In this document: in pieces, positions 38,133 to 48,843 of the stretch
Layout: each line of letters opens with the position of its first letter
Numbering within the stretch: the stretch's first letter is position 1
Source: Propionibacteriales bacterium
Lineage (GTDB): Bacteria > Actinomycetota > Actinomycetes > Propionibacteriales > Nocardioidaceae
NCBI GenBank assembly: GCA_038239485.1
Contig: JBBSET010000008.1
Coordinates: 8,857-72,856 of the forward strand
Length of the DNA stretch: 64,000 nucleotides
Direction: 5' to 3'
Made by a program: the position numbers and the translations under genes
The notes under the pieces: model-generated
The model's input: the letters and a program-made list of their open reading frames with translations, nothing else
The model's database searches: none
Told to the model about the DNA's origin: nothing

Positions 38133-38822
38133 TCAGCTCGAGGCGAGACTCTCCGCCGCAGCCCACGAGCTGACGACGGACGCGAAGAAGGCCAACCCAT
38201 CGGTGCCGGGTCCGCACAGCGCCTCGACGGCGTGCTCGGGATGCGGCATCAAGCCGACCACGTTGCCGCGCTCGTTGGCGATGCCGGCGATGTCGTGGAG
38301 CGAGCCGTTCGGGTTCGTCTCGACATACCTCGCCACGACCAGCCCGTCGCCCTCGAGCCGGTCGAGCGTCGCCTCGTCGGCGACATACCCGCCCTCGCCG
38401 TTCTTGAGCGGGATCGTGACCTCCGCGCCGGCGGCGTATGCCGATGTCCAGGCCGTCGACGTGCTCTCGATCCGAAGCCGCTGGTCGCGACAGACGAACT
38501 TGCAGTGGTCGTTGCGGATCAGCGCCCCGGGAAGCAGATGCGTCTCGCACAGGATCTGGAAGCCGTTGCAGATCCCCAGCACCGGCATGCCGCCGACGGC
38601 GGCGTCGACGACCTCGCGCATAACTGGCGCGAACCTGGCGATGGCCCCGCAGCGCAGATAGTCACCGTAGGAGAAGCCACCCGGAAGGACGACCGCCTCG
38701 ACCCCGCGCAGGTCGTGGTCGCCATGCCAGAGAGCGATCGCCTCGGCGCCGGCGATCCGAACCGCCCGGCGGGCGTCGACGTCGTCGAGGGAGCCCGGGA
38801 AAGTGACGACGCCGATCTTCAC
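38133..38822 (-). CDS. purQ: Phosphoribosylformylglycinamidine synthase glutaminase subunit PurQ
   Basis: 229 aa reading [14 protein letters not shown], with GICNGFQ (catalytic Cys) and MPHPE. Confidence 0.93.
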   Translation of the reverse strand: MKIGVVTFPGSLDDVDARRAVRIAGAEAIALWHGDHDLRGVEAVVLPGGFSYGDYLRCGAIARFAPVMREVVDAAVGGMPVLGICNGFQILCETHLLPGALIRNDHCKFVCRDQRLRIESTSTAWTSAYAAGAEVTIPLKNGEGGYVADEATLDRLEGDGLVVARYVETNPNGSLHDIAGIANERGNVVGLMPHPEHAVEALCGPGTDGLAFFASVVSSWAAAESLASS

Positions 38823-39067
38823 GCCTGCTCGACCCGCACGGTGTAGTCCTCGATCACCGGGTTGCTCAACAGCGTCTCCGCAGCCTTGCGTACCTCCGCC
38901 AGCCGCTCCTCGGTGATGTCGCCCTCGAACTCGAGCTCGAAGCGCTTGCCCTGGCGTACGTCCACCACGCCGCCGAAGCCCAGCCTCGGGAGGGCGCCGA
39001 GCACGGCCTTGCCCTGCGGATCGAGGATCTCGGGCTTGAGCATCACATCGACGACGACGCGGGCCAT
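38819..39067 (-). CDS. purS: Phosphoribosylformylglycinamidine synthase subunit PurS
   Basis: 82 aa reading [19 protein letters not shown]. It has a 4-nt overlap with purQ. Confidence 0.9.
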   Translation of the reverse strand: MARVVVDVMLKPEILDPQGKAVLGALPRLGFGGVVDVRQGKRFELEFEGDITEERLAEVRKAAETLLSNPVIEDYTVRVEQA

Positions 39068-39196
39068 GGTCTGGGGGTGCTCCTCAACAAGCTCGAGCGG
39101 GGGGCGGTGCCGACAGTCTAGGCGTTCGGTCGGCGGCGGCCGCCCCCACGATGGTCGTCGCGGACCACACGTCGCTGGGTGACCCGAACGCGTGCG

Positions 39197-40765
39197 TCAT
39201 TCAGGTGTCCGTACGAGCTCCCGCTTCAGGATCTTGCCCGTGCTCGTCATCGGGAGCGAGTCGCGGAACTCGATGGTCCGCGGGTACTTGAACGACGCCA
39301 TCTGCTCCTTGGACCACGCGACGAGCTCCTCCTCGGTGATCTCGGCCCCGGCGCTGCGGATCACGAACGCCTTCACCTCCTCGCCGTGGCTCTCGTTCGG
39401 CACGCCGACAACGGCCACCAAGGAGACATCGGGATGGGTCATCAGCACATCCTCGACCTCGCGCGGATAGACGTTGAGCCCGCCCCGGATGATCATGTCC
39501 TTGGCCCGGTCGACGATGTAGTAGTAGCCCTCGGAGTCGCGGCGGGCCAGGTCACCGGTGCGGAACCACCCGTCGCGCATCACGTCAGCGGTGTCCTTGG
39601 GGCGCTTGTAGTAGCCCTTCATCACGTTGTATCCGCGGATCGCGACCTCACCGACCTGGTCGACGTCGTCGATGACAGTCCAGTCGGGATCGATCAGCCG
39701 TACCTCGACGCCCCAGATCGGCGTCCCGATCGAGCCCGCCTTCGGAGTCAGCTTCGGCGGGTTGAAGGTAGCGACCGGTGCCGTCTCCGACAGGCCGTAC
39801 CCCTCCTTGATCTGCACCTGGAAGCGCTCCTTGAACTCGCGGATGATCTCGACCGGCAGCGACGATCCGCCAGAGACGGAGACCCGCAGGTTGGCGGCGA
39901 TCTTCTCGACGTCGACCGAGTCGTCGAGCGCTCCGAGCAGGCCCCAGTACATCGTCGGTACGCCCGCGAAGAAGGTGATGCTCTCTGACTGCATCAGCTC
40001 GAGCGCCGCTTTGGCGTCGAAGCGCGGCAGCAGTATCAGGGTGCACTGCTCCGCGAAGCCGCCGTTGAGCTGGACCGTCTGGCCGAACGAGTGGAACAGC
40101 GGCAGGGTGACGAGGTGGGTGTCGTACCCGTCGTCCGGCTTCCCATGGAGGCTTGCATCGCTCAGCGCGTTGAGGACCATGTTGGCGTGGGTCAGCTCGG
40201 CGCCCTTCGGCTGCCCGGTGGTGCCGCTCGTGTAGAGGATGACCGCGGTGTCGTCGGCAGCGGTGACGACGGTCTCGAAGGTCGTGGGCTGGTCCGCGAT
40301 GGCGGCCGCGAAGCTGGGCGAGCCGTCCATCGGCGACGCCGGCACGTCGGTCGGATCGGACCTGATCAACGAGAAGTACTGACAGCTCTCCACCTCGGTG
40401 AAGCCGCCCCAGCCGTCCGTCCCCATCGGGAGGTCCTCGGTGCCCTCGAAGCAGAAGTACGCCTTCGCATCGGAGTCCTTCAGGTAGTAGACGACCTCCC
40501 GGGCTTTGAGGAGGACGTTCAGCGGCACGACGATGGCGCCGGCCTTCAGGATGCCGTAGTAGACCATCGGGAAGTAGGGGAGGTTCGGGCACGACAGGGC
40601 CACCTTGTCGCCGGGCTCGACGCCGACCGACACCAGCAGGTTGGCGACCTGGTTCGCCGCGGCGTCGACCTCGGCATACGTGAGCCTGTTCGGCCCACAC
40701 ACGACGGCGTCACGGTTCGGGACGTTCCGGGCGCTGTCTTCGAGCACCATCGCCAGGTTGAGCAC
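39197..40765 (-). CDS. Long-chain fatty-acid-CoA ligase / AMP-dependent synthetase
   Basis: 522 aa with the AMP-binding motifs YTSGTTGQPKG, GYGLSET and TGDLARRDSEGYYYIVDRAKD. Confidence 0.88.
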   Translation of the reverse strand: MLNLAMVLEDSARNVPNRDAVVCGPNRLTYAEVDAAANQVANLLVSVGVEPGDKVALSCPNLPYFPMVYYGILKAGAIVVPLNVLLKAREVVYYLKDSDAKAYFCFEGTEDLPMGTDGWGGFTEVESCQYFSLIRSDPTDVPASPMDGSPSFAAAIADQPTTFETVVTAADDTAVILYTSGTTGQPKGAELTHANMVLNALSDASLHGKPDDGYDTHLVTLPLFHSFGQTVQLNGGFAEQCTLILLPRFDAKAALELMQSESITFFAGVPTMYWGLLGALDDSVDVEKIAANLRVSVSGGSSLPVEIIREFKERFQVQIKEGYGLSETAPVATFNPPKLTPKAGSIGTPIWGVEVRLIDPDWTVIDDVDQVGEVAIRGYNVMKGYYKRPKDTADVMRDGWFRTGDLARRDSEGYYYIVDRAKDMIIRGGLNVYPREVEDVLMTHPDVSLVAVVGVPNESHGEEVKAFVIRSAGAEITEEELVAWSKEQMASFKYPRTIEFRDSLPMTSTGKILKRELVRTPE

Positions 40766-40780
40766 GTCGCACTCCTGAGA

Positions 40781-41644
40781 TCAGAACGTCTCGCCGGTGA
40801 GTCGCTCGTAGGCCCCAACATAGGTTGCACGCGTCTGCACGACAACGGCTGGCGGCAGCTCGGGCGGAGGCGCCCCGGACCCTCGGTCCCAGCCGGACTC
40901 CGCTGACGTCAGCCAGTCGCGGAGGTACTGCTTGTCGTAGGCGGGCTGGGCCTGGCCAGGCTTCCACGCATCGGCCGGCCAGAACCGCGACGAGTCCGGA
41001 GTCAGCACCTCGTCGGCAAGCAGGATCGTCCCGTCGCCGCGCCGGCCGAACTCGAACTTCGTGTCGGCGAGGATGATTCCCCGCTCGCGAGCCATCTCCT
41101 CAGCCCGCTCATAGACCGACAGCGTCAGGGTGCGCAGCTCCGCCGCGAGGTCGTCGCCCACGGTCTCGACGACGCCCTCGTAGGTGAGCGCTGTGTCGTG
41201 CCGGCCCAGGTCCGCCTTCGTTGTCGGGGTGAAGATCGGCTCAGGCAGTCGCGATCCCTCGACCAGGCCGGGCGGCAGCTCGACGCCGCAGACGCTGCCG
41301 TGGGCGCGGTAGTCGACCAGTCCGGAGCCGGCGAGGTATCCGCGGGCCACGCATTCGACCGGAAGCATGTCCAGCCGCTCGCAGATCACGGCCCGACCAG
41401 CGACCTCGGCCGGCACGTCGGTCGACAGGACGTGGTTCGGCATCAGGTGGCGGAGCCGGTCGAACCACCACAGCGACATCCGAGTCAGGATCGCGCCCTT
41501 GTCGGGGATGGTCGGGCTGAGCACGATGTCATACGCCGAGATACGGTCCGACGCCACCATCAGCAGCCTGCCGTCGTCGAGCTCGTACAGGTCCCTGACC
41601 TTGCCCGAGTGGAGGTGCCGAGTCCCGGCGATGTCGTCAGCCAT
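40781..41644 (-). CDS. purC: Phosphoribosylaminoimidazole-succinocarboxamide synthase
   Basis: ATG 41644 (MADDIAGTRHLHSGKVRDLYE...SDRISAYD) gives 287 aa. The 82-aa upstream extension in ORF 40781..41890 is Arg-rich junk. Confidence 0.92.
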   Translation of the reverse strand: MADDIAGTRHLHSGKVRDLYELDDGRLLMVASDRISAYDIVLSPTIPDKGAILTRMSLWWFDRLRHLMPNHVLSTDVPAEVAGRAVICERLDMLPVECVARGYLAGSGLVDYRAHGSVCGVELPPGLVEGSRLPEPIFTPTTKADLGRHDTALTYEGVVETVGDDLAAELRTLTLSVYERAEEMARERGIILADTKFEFGRRGDGTILLADEVLTPDSSRFWPADAWKPGQAQPAYDKQYLRDWLTSAESGWDRGSGAPPPELPPAVVVQTRATYVGAYERLTGETF

Positions 41645-41734
41645 GGCCACATCTTGCCAACAGCGCGCCACACCCGCCGACCCCGCGTCCGTCCCTCGTC
41701 GGCGGGCACGCGCGCGGCGAGAGAGGATGCAGGG

Positions 41735-43321
41735 GTGACAGACGCGGTGGTGATCGGATCCGGGCCGAACGGGCTGGTGGCGGCGAACCTGCTCGCCGAC
41801 GCGGGCTGGTCGGTGACGGTGCTCGAGAGCCAGCCGACGCTCGGCGGAGCGGTGCGCACCGACACCGAGGTGCACGAGGGCTTCCGGCACGACACGTTCA
41901 GCGCGTTCTACCCGCTGGCGGCAGCGTCGCCGACGATCGAGTCGCTACGCCTGGCGGAGCACGGCTTGACCTGGCTCCATGCGCCGGCCGTGCTCGGGAA
42001 CCCGCTCCCCGGAGCAGGGTGGGCGATGCTCTACCGCGACCCCGAGACGACCGCAGCGTCCCTCGACGCGCTTCACCCGGGTGACGGTGAGGCCTGGCTG
42101 GAGCTTCACCGGATGTGGAGGGTCTTCGGCGACGACCTGGTCAGGGCTCTGCTGACACCGTTCCCGCCGGTCCGCGCCGGCGCCCGCCTGGCGGTCAGCA
42201 TGCCGCGCGCCGGCGGCCCGTCGGCGTACGCGCTGACCCTGATGTCGGCCAAGCGGCTGGGCGAGCGCTTCTTCGCCGGTGAGGGGCCGCGGCTGCTCCT
42301 CGCCGGCAACGCGCTGCACGCTGACTTCACCCCCGCGAACCTCGGTTCGGGCATCTTCGGGCTGATCTTGGTGATGCTCGGCCAGACTGTCGGCTTCCCG
42401 GTGCCTGCCGGCGGCGCCGGCGAGCTGATCGCCGCGCTGGCCCGGCGGTTCGAGTCGCTCGGAGGCACGATCGTCGCCGGTACCGCGGCCACATCGGTCG
42501 TGGTCCGAGACGGGCGCGCGGTCGCGGTCCGGCTGGCCGGCGGTGGCGAGATCGCAGCCGACCGTGCCATCGTCGCGAACGTCTCCGCGCCCGCGTTGTA
42601 CGGCGGTCTGGTCTCGCTCGACGACCTACCAGCGCGCACCCGCTGGGGGATGAGGCGCTTCCGCTGGGACCCGTCGACGATCAAGGTGGACTGGGCCTTG
42701 TCGTCGCCCGTCCCGTGGGAGCCGGCGCCGCCGGTCGCACCGGGCACGGTGCATATCGCGCACTCGGTCGAGGAGCTGACGACCTTCGCGGAGCAGATCA
42801 AAGGGCGCACGGTCCCAGCCGCCCCCCTGCTTCTCGTCGGCCAGATGACGTCGACCGACCCGAGCCGGTCGCCGGCGGGAACCGAGTCGTTGTGGGCGTA
42901 CACACACGTCCCCCAGGACGCCCGCTCCGACGCCGGCAACGGGGGGATCCGCGGCGTCTGGGACGGTTCGGACCTCGAGCGGATGGCCGACCGGATGCAA
43001 GCCCGGCTGGAGCGGTTCGCCCCCGACCTGGCGAGTCGGGTACTGAGTCGGCGGGCCCTCGGGCCGCGCGAGTTCGAGGCGCGTGACGCCAACCTGCACG
43101 GTGGAGCGATCAACGGTGGCACCGCCGGGCTTCGCCAGGAGCTCGTCCTGCGTCCGGTGCCCGGGATGGGCCGTTCCGAGACTCCCATCAAGGGGCTGTA
43201 TCTCGGGTCGGCGTCCGCCCATCCCGGCGGGGGCGTCCATGGCGCGCCGGGTGCCAACGCCGCGAAGGCGGCGCTCGCTCACGACCGGCTTCGCCAGCTG
43301 TCACGTCGACGCAGCCGCTAG
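41735..43321 (+). CDS. NAD(P)/FAD-dependent oxidoreductase, phytoene desaturase (CrtI)-like family
   Basis: GTG 41735 behind GAGAGGA gives VTDAVVIGSGPNGLVAANLLADAGWSVTVLE (dinucleotide-binding fold). The ORF-track start at 41198 is antisense to purC and spurious. Confidence 0.8.
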   Translation: MTDAVVIGSGPNGLVAANLLADAGWSVTVLESQPTLGGAVRTDTEVHEGFRHDTFSAFYPLAAASPTIESLRLAEHGLTWLHAPAVLGNPLPGAGWAMLYRDPETTAASLDALHPGDGEAWLELHRMWRVFGDDLVRALLTPFPPVRAGARLAVSMPRAGGPSAYALTLMSAKRLGERFFAGEGPRLLLAGNALHADFTPANLGSGIFGLILVMLGQTVGFPVPAGGAGELIAALARRFESLGGTIVAGTAATSVVVRDGRAVAVRLAGGGEIAADRAIVANVSAPALYGGLVSLDDLPARTRWGMRRFRWDPSTIKVDWALSSPVPWEPAPPVAPGTVHIAHSVEELTTFAEQIKGRTVPAAPLLLVGQMTSTDPSRSPAGTESLWAYTHVPQDARSDAGNGGIRGVWDGSDLERMADRMQARLERFAPDLASRVLSRRALGPREFEARDANLHGGAINGGTAGLRQELVLRPVPGMGRSETPIKGLYLGSASAHPGGGVHGAPGANAAKAALAHDRLRQLSRRRSR

Positions 43322-43337
43322 CTCCAACCGCGCCAGG

Positions 43338-44762
43338 TCAGAGGATGGCGTCGGGGCGGTACCGGGCGGCCTCGGGGTTCGCCGACACGAGCTCCTCGAT
43401 CCGGCGTACCACGTCCTCGACCTGGCCGGCTGCCGCTCCGGTGAACGACAGCGGGTCCGCCACCAGTGCCACCAGGTCCGCCGCCGACAGGCTGAGCCGT
43501 GAGTCGGCCGCCAACCGGTCGAAGAGGTCGTTGCGCTCGGAACCCTTCTCGCGCATCTCGAGCGCGACGGCCACCGCGTGCTCCTTGATCGCCTCGTGCG
43601 CCACCTCTCGCCCGACGCCGCGGCGCACGGCCGCCATCAGCACCTTCGTGGTCGCCAGGAACGGCAGGTACCGGTCCAGCTCACGCTCGATGACCGCCGG
43701 GTACACCCCGAACTCGTCCAGGACCGTCAGGAACGTCTCGAACAGCCCGTCGGTCGCGAAGAAGGCGTCCGGCAGCGCCACCCTCCGCACCACGCTGCAC
43801 GACACGTCTCCCTCGTTCCACTGGTCGCCGGTCAGCTCGCCCACCATCGACAGGTAGCCGCGCAGGACGACCGCCAGGCCGTTGACCCGCTCGCAGGAAC
43901 GGGTGTTCATCTTGTGCGGCATGGCGCTCGACCCGACCTGACCGGCCTGGAAACCCTCGGTGGCCAGCTCGAACCCCGCCATCAGCCGGATCGTGGTCGC
44001 GAGGCTGCCCGGCCCGGAGACCGCCTGCACGAGGGCCGACACGACGTCGAAGTCGAGCGAACGCGGGTAGACCTGGCCGACGCTCGACAGCACGGCCTCG
44101 AACCCGAGGTGACCCGCTACCAGGTCCTCGAGCCTGGCCAGCTTGGCTGCGTCACCGTCAAGCAGGTCGAGCTGGTCCTGCGACGTACCGACGGGACCCT
44201 TGATCCCGCGCAGCGGGTAGCGCGCCAGCAGGTCATCGAGACGATCCAGGGCGACGAGCATCTCGTCCGCGGTCGAGGCGAACCGCTTGCCCAGCGTGGT
44301 CGCCTGAGCGGCCACGTTGTGCGAGCGGCCGGTGATGACCTGGGTGCTGTACTCGGCCGCGAGCGCGCCGAGCCTGGCGATCGCGGCGACCATCCTGATC
44401 CGGATCTCGAGCAGGGACTGACGGATCTGGAGCTGCTCGACGTTCTCGGTGAGGTCGCGGCTGGTCATCCCCTTGTGGATGTGCTCGTGGCCGGCCAGCG
44501 CGGAGAACTCCTCGATCCTGGCCTTCACATCGTGCCGTGTCCGGCGTTCGCGCTCGGCGATCGACGCCAGGTCGACGTCGTCGACCACGTCCTCGTACGC
44601 CTCCACGACACCCTCGGGGATGTCGACGCCGAGCTCGGCTTGGGCTCGGAGGACGGCGAGCCAGAGCCGGCGCTCGGCGATGATCTTGTTGCGCGGCGCC
44701 CAGATCTCGCGCATCGGTCCCGAGGCGTAACGGGCGGCGAGGACGTCGGCGATCGCTGTCAC
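43338..44762 (-). CDS. purB: Adenylosuccinate lyase
   Basis: GTG 44762 (VTAIADVLAARYAS..MREIW) gives 474 aa and lies 4 nt after the purD stop. The fumarate-lyase signature SSAMPHKMN is present. The longer ORF-track start at 45065 overlaps purD. Confidence 0.92.
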   Translation of the reverse strand: MTAIADVLAARYASGPMREIWAPRNKIIAERRLWLAVLRAQAELGVDIPEGVVEAYEDVVDDVDLASIAERERRTRHDVKARIEEFSALAGHEHIHKGMTSRDLTENVEQLQIRQSLLEIRIRMVAAIARLGALAAEYSTQVITGRSHNVAAQATTLGKRFASTADEMLVALDRLDDLLARYPLRGIKGPVGTSQDQLDLLDGDAAKLARLEDLVAGHLGFEAVLSSVGQVYPRSLDFDVVSALVQAVSGPGSLATTIRLMAGFELATEGFQAGQVGSSAMPHKMNTRSCERVNGLAVVLRGYLSMVGELTGDQWNEGDVSCSVVRRVALPDAFFATDGLFETFLTVLDEFGVYPAVIERELDRYLPFLATTKVLMAAVRRGVGREVAHEAIKEHAVAVALEMREKGSERNDLFDRLAADSRLSLSAADLVALVADPLSFTGAAAGQVEDVVRRIEELVSANPEAARYRPDAIL

Positions 44763-44766
44763 GGCA

Positions 44767-46074
44767 TCAAGTATCCCGCAGCGCCGACCGGGCCATGTCG
44801 CCTTGCGCACCGGCCTCCTGCGCGGCAGCCACGCTCCCGATGTCTGCGCGAACCTGTGCTCCGGGGAAGTGGATCTCCCCGACGCCCGCGTAGGCCCGCT
44901 CTCGAGCTTCGGCGAGGGAGGCACCCGTGGCCGTGACGGCGAGCACCCGGCCACCGCTGGTGACCAGCTGCGAGGATCCGTCCGGCCCCGAACCAACCGA
45001 CGTACCCGCCTGCAGCACCTGCACGCCCTCGGCAGCCTCCGCGGAACCGACCCCCGTGACGACATCGCCCTTGCGCGGGGAGTGGGGGTATCCGGCCGAC
45101 GCCATCACCACCGTCACAGCGGAGCCCGGGCGCCACGTGAGCGGCCCGACGTCCGCAAGCCGTCCTGTCGCGGCGGCGTAGAGCACCCCACCCAGGGGCG
45201 TCTCGAGCAGGGCGAGCAGAGCCTGGGTCTCCGGATCCCCGAAGCGGGCGTTGAACTCGATCACCTTCACCCCGGCCGTCGTCAGCGCGAGCCCGGCATA
45301 CAGCAGGCCGACGAAGGGCGTCCCCCGCCGGGCCAGCTCGTCGACCGCGGGCTGCAGCACCGTATCCCGGACCTCGTCGACAAGCCCGTCCGGTGCCCAC
45401 GTGAGCGGGGTGTAGGCGCCCATGCCCCCGGTGTTCGGTCCCTCGTCGTGGTCACGGAGCCGCTTGAAGTCCTGCGCGGGCTGCATGGGAACGACCGAGG
45501 TGCCGTCGCAGAGTGCGAACAGCGAAACCTCCGGGCCGTCGAGGAACTCTTCGACCACGACCCGGCCACAGGACGCGGCGTGATCCAGGGCGATCCCTCG
45601 GTCGCTGGTCACGACCACACCCTTCCCCGCCGCGAGCCCGTCGTCCTTGACGACGAACGGCGGACCGAGCTCGTCCAGCGCCGCCGCCACCTCGGCCGCC
45701 GTCTCGCAGACGCGGGCTTCACCGGTGGGGATACCGGCCGCCGCCATCACCTGCTTGGCGAACGCCTTGGAACCCTCGATGGCGGCCGCTGCCCGGCTCG
45801 GCCCGAAGCAGGCGATGCCCGCCGAGCGGACGGCGTCGGCGACCCCGGCCACCAAGGGCGCCTCCGGCCCGATGACGACGAGGTCGACGGCGAGACGTCG
45901 CGCCAGCGCCGCCACCGCCACGCCGTCCAACGGGTCGACCTCGTGGAGATGAGCGACCGCCGCGATGCCCGGGTTGCCAGGGGCAACGCATACACTCTCG
46001 ACGCCCGGGTCGCGGGCCAGAGCCGCGGCCAGTGCGTGCTCGCGTCCCCCGGCACCGATGACCAGCGGCTTCAT
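44767..46074 (-). CDS. purD: Phosphoribosylamine-glycine ligase
   Basis: MKPLVIGAGGREHALA starts at ATG 46074; the ORF track starts 12 nt upstream. An ATP-grasp domain is present. Confidence 0.92.
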   Translation of the reverse strand: MKPLVIGAGGREHALAAALARDPGVESVCVAPGNPGIAAVAHLHEVDPLDGVAVAALARRLAVDLVVIGPEAPLVAGVADAVRSAGIACFGPSRAAAAIEGSKAFAKQVMAAAGIPTGEARVCETAAEVAAALDELGPPFVVKDDGLAAGKGVVVTSDRGIALDHAASCGRVVVEEFLDGPEVSLFALCDGTSVVPMQPAQDFKRLRDHDEGPNTGGMGAYTPLTWAPDGLVDEVRDTVLQPAVDELARRGTPFVGLLYAGLALTTAGVKVIEFNARFGDPETQALLALLETPLGGVLYAAATGRLADVGPLTWRPGSAVTVVMASAGYPHSPRKGDVVTGVGSAEAAEGVQVLQAGTSVGSGPDGSSQLVTSGGRVLAVTATGASLAEARERAYAGVGEIHFPGAQVRADIGSVAAAQEAGAQGDMARSALRDT

Positions 46075-46089
46075 CCGGCGGCCCACGGC

Positions 46090-47373
46090 TCACAGCAGGT
46101 CATGCACCACCACTGTCTGGTCGCGGCCGGGGCCGACGCCGACGGCGGAGATCCTGGCATTCGACATCTCCTCGACCGCAGCGACATAGGAGCGCGCATT
46201 AGCGGGCAGGTCGGCCAGTGTCCGCGCCTGCGAGATGTCCTCCCACCAGCCCGGGAGCTCCTCGTAGATCGGCCTGGCGTGGTGGACGTCGCTCTGGTTG
46301 ACCGGCATCTCGTCGTGGCGCACTCCATCCACCTCGTAGGCCACACACACCGGTACCTTGTCGAGGCCGGTCAGCACGTCGAGCTTTGTCAGGACGAAGT
46401 CGGTGACCCCGTTGACCCGTGCCGCGTATCTGGCTATCACCGCGTCGAACCAGCCGCACCGCCGCGGCCGGCCGGTCGTGGTGCCGTACTCGGCCCCCAT
46501 CTTGCGCAGGAACTCACCGCTGTCGTCGACGAGCTCAGTGGGGAACGGCCCGGAGCCGACCCTCGTGGTGTACGCCTTGACGATGCCGATCACCCCCTCG
46601 ATCCGCGTTGGAGGTATGCCGGACCCGGTGCAGGCGCCTCCCGCGGTCGCGGACGACGAGGTGACGAACGGGTAGGTCCCGTGGTCGACGTCGAGCAGCG
46701 TTGCCTGCCCGGCTTCGAGCAGGACGGTCTCGCCGCGCCCCAGCGCGTCGTTGAGGAGCAGACCGGTGTCGGCCACCATCGGGCCCAGCCGCCCGGCATG
46801 GGTCAGCAGGTCCTCGAGGACGTCGTCCACCGAGATCGCTCGCCGGTTGTAGACCTTGGCGAGGATCTGGTTCTTCAGCTCGAGGGCGGCGGAGACCTTC
46901 TGGTGCAGGATCTTCTCGTCGAAGAGGTCCTGGATCCGCACGCCGATCCGGCTCATCTTGTCGGCGTACGTCGGGCCGATCCCGCGGCCGGTCGTGCCGA
47001 TCCGGCTCGATCCGAGGAACCGCTCGGTGACCTTGTCGAGCGTTCGGTTGTACTCGGCGATGACATGGGCGTTCGCGCTGACAACCAGCCGCGAGGTGTC
47101 GATGCCTCGTTCCTGCAGCGCGTCGAGCTCCTCGAACAGGACGGTCAGGTCGACGACGACGCCGTTGCCGATGACGGGGATGCAGCCAGGAGTGAGGATC
47201 CCGCTCGGCAGCAGATGCAGGGCGTACTTCTCGTCGCCGATCACCACCGTGTGCCCGGCGTTGTTGCCACCGTTGAACTTCACGACGTAGTCCACCCGGC
47301 TCCCGAGTAGGTCGGTGGCCTTTCCTTTGCCTTCGTCGCCCCACTGGGCTCCGACGATCACGATCGCGGGCAT
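46090..47373 (-). CDS. purA: Adenylosuccinate synthetase
   Basis: 427 aa reading [21 protein letters not shown], with GIGPTY and [10 protein letters not shown]. Confidence 0.95.
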   Translation of the reverse strand: MPAIVIVGAQWGDEGKGKATDLLGSRVDYVVKFNGGNNAGHTVVIGDEKYALHLLPSGILTPGCIPVIGNGVVVDLTVLFEELDALQERGIDTSRLVVSANAHVIAEYNRTLDKVTERFLGSSRIGTTGRGIGPTYADKMSRIGVRIQDLFDEKILHQKVSAALELKNQILAKVYNRRAISVDDVLEDLLTHAGRLGPMVADTGLLLNDALGRGETVLLEAGQATLLDVDHGTYPFVTSSSATAGGACTGSGIPPTRIEGVIGIVKAYTTRVGSGPFPTELVDDSGEFLRKMGAEYGTTTGRPRRCGWFDAVIARYAARVNGVTDFVLTKLDVLTGLDKVPVCVAYEVDGVRHDEMPVNQSDVHHARPIYEELPGWWEDISQARTLADLPANARSYVAAVEEMSNARISAVGVGPGRDQTVVVHDLL

Positions 47374-47528
47374 CTGAGCACCCTCTTTCGACTGTCGACA
47401 GCGCGAGAGCCCGGCTGTTCACCACCAGCCTGGGCTCCTGCGGCTGAATGCTAGCCGACAGCTGACGGGCACGTCACCAGCGTCGCGGCGCAACGGCATG
47501 TCGCCTCGACCCGCTAGGGTTCGCGATA

Positions 47529-48431
47529 GTGAAGGACGTCGTACTGATCACCAACGCCGGGGCGGGTACCCTTCACGACTCCGCGGTGGAGGAGGCGGTC
47601 GCGGTCCTGCGGTCGCACTGCCAGGTCGAGGTGGCTGAGACCAGCGAGCCCGCTGACCTCGACCGCGTCCTGGCGGCTCGTGGGGACCGCGACGTGGTCA
47701 TCGCCGGCGGGGACGGCAGCCTGCACCAAGCGGTCGCAGCCCTGCAGCGGTCCGGTGAGCTCGGTCGACCGACGATCGGGCTGATCCCGCTCGGGACCGG
47801 CAACGACTACGCCGCCGGCCTGGGACTGCCGCTCGACCCGGCAGCGGCGGCCGAGGTTGTCGTGTCAGGCATCCCCACGTCCGTCGACATCCTTGTCGAC
47901 GACGAGGGAGGCGTCGTGGTCAACGTGGTCCACGCCGGGGTCGGGGCCGATGCGGGAGTCGAGGCGAAACCGTGGAAGGCCCGCTTCGGCAAGGCCGGAT
48001 ACGTCGTTGGGGCGATCACCGCGTCGTTCCGGTCGCAGGGTCTGCGGCTGCGCATCGTGGCCGACGGGGACGTCATCACGGACCGCTCGCGCCCGGTGCT
48101 TCAGGTCGCGCTGGGCAACGGCACCCGCGTGGGCGGCGGCTTCACCCTCACCCCAGGTGCTGACCCCACCGACGGAAGTGTCGATGTGCTGGTGTCCTTC
48201 GCCGTCCGTCCGGTCGACCGGCTGTGGTACGGCATCCACCTCAAGCAGGGCCGTCATCACGAGCGTGACGACGTCGTGACCCGACGCGCCTCGGAGGTCG
48301 CGATCAGCGGTGACGAGTTCTGCTGCGACACCGACGGCGAGCTGGAGGGGCCGATGAGGAGCCGCCGCTGGAAGGTCGTGCCCAAGGCATTCACGATGAT
48401 GTACCCGCGGGCGGGCGACCCCGAGGCATGA
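47529..48431 (+). CDS. Diacylglycerol/lipid kinase family protein
   Basis: 300 aa with the DAGK catalytic-domain motifs VVIAGGDGSLH and PLGTGNDYA. Confidence 0.85.
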   Translation: MKDVVLITNAGAGTLHDSAVEEAVAVLRSHCQVEVAETSEPADLDRVLAARGDRDVVIAGGDGSLHQAVAALQRSGELGRPTIGLIPLGTGNDYAAGLGLPLDPAAAAEVVVSGIPTSVDILVDDEGGVVVNVVHAGVGADAGVEAKPWKARFGKAGYVVGAITASFRSQGLRLRIVADGDVITDRSRPVLQVALGNGTRVGGGFTLTPGADPTDGSVDVLVSFAVRPVDRLWYGIHLKQGRHHERDDVVTRRASEVAISGDEFCCDTDGELEGPMRSRRWKVVPKAFTMMYPRAGDPEA

Positions 48432-48438
48432 TGGCGCC

Positions 48439-48837
48439 ATGAGCTTCGACAACCTCCTGAACGGCCCGCCCCCGACCTACCTGCCAGTCGACGAGGCCGC
48501 AGGGAAGCTGCACGGGGGCGACCCGCGCGAGATCGCACGCGCCCACTCGTCGTCGTCGCTCGTCTGGGGCGTCCTCGCCGAGGGCGCTCTCGAGGACGGT
48601 CAGGACATCGAGGGGTACGCCTTCGCCCGTGTCGGATACCACCGCGGGCTCGATGCACTTCGCCGCAACGGTTGGAAAGGGTTCGGCCCCATCCCGTGGT
48701 CGCACGAGCCGAACCAGGGCTTTCTGCGCTGTCTGGCCGCGCTGGCGACCGCCTCGGACCAGTTCGGCGACTCCGACGAGGCGCTGCGCTGCCGCCAGTT
48801 CCTGCTCGACGCGGACCCCAGCTGCCCGTTGCTCTGA
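48439..48837 (+). CDS. DUF3151 family protein
   Basis: 132 aa reading VGYHRGLDALRRNGWKGFGPIPWSHEPNQGFLR. It is the conserved neighbour of fba in actinobacteria. Confidence 0.75.
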   Translation: MSFDNLLNGPPPTYLPVDEAAGKLHGGDPREIARAHSSSSLVWGVLAEGALEDGQDIEGYAFARVGYHRGLDALRRNGWKGFGPIPWSHEPNQGFLRCLAALATASDQFGDSDEALRCRQFLLDADPSCPLL

Positions 48838-48843
48838 GCCGGG

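Noticed and set aside
44803-47310. 835-aa plus-strand ORF, the longest in the track
   Set aside because: It is entirely antisense to purD and purA, which have unmistakable motifs. Its translation is an Arg/Gly/Asp/Pro-rich product with no recognisable domain, the typical high-GC antisense open frame.
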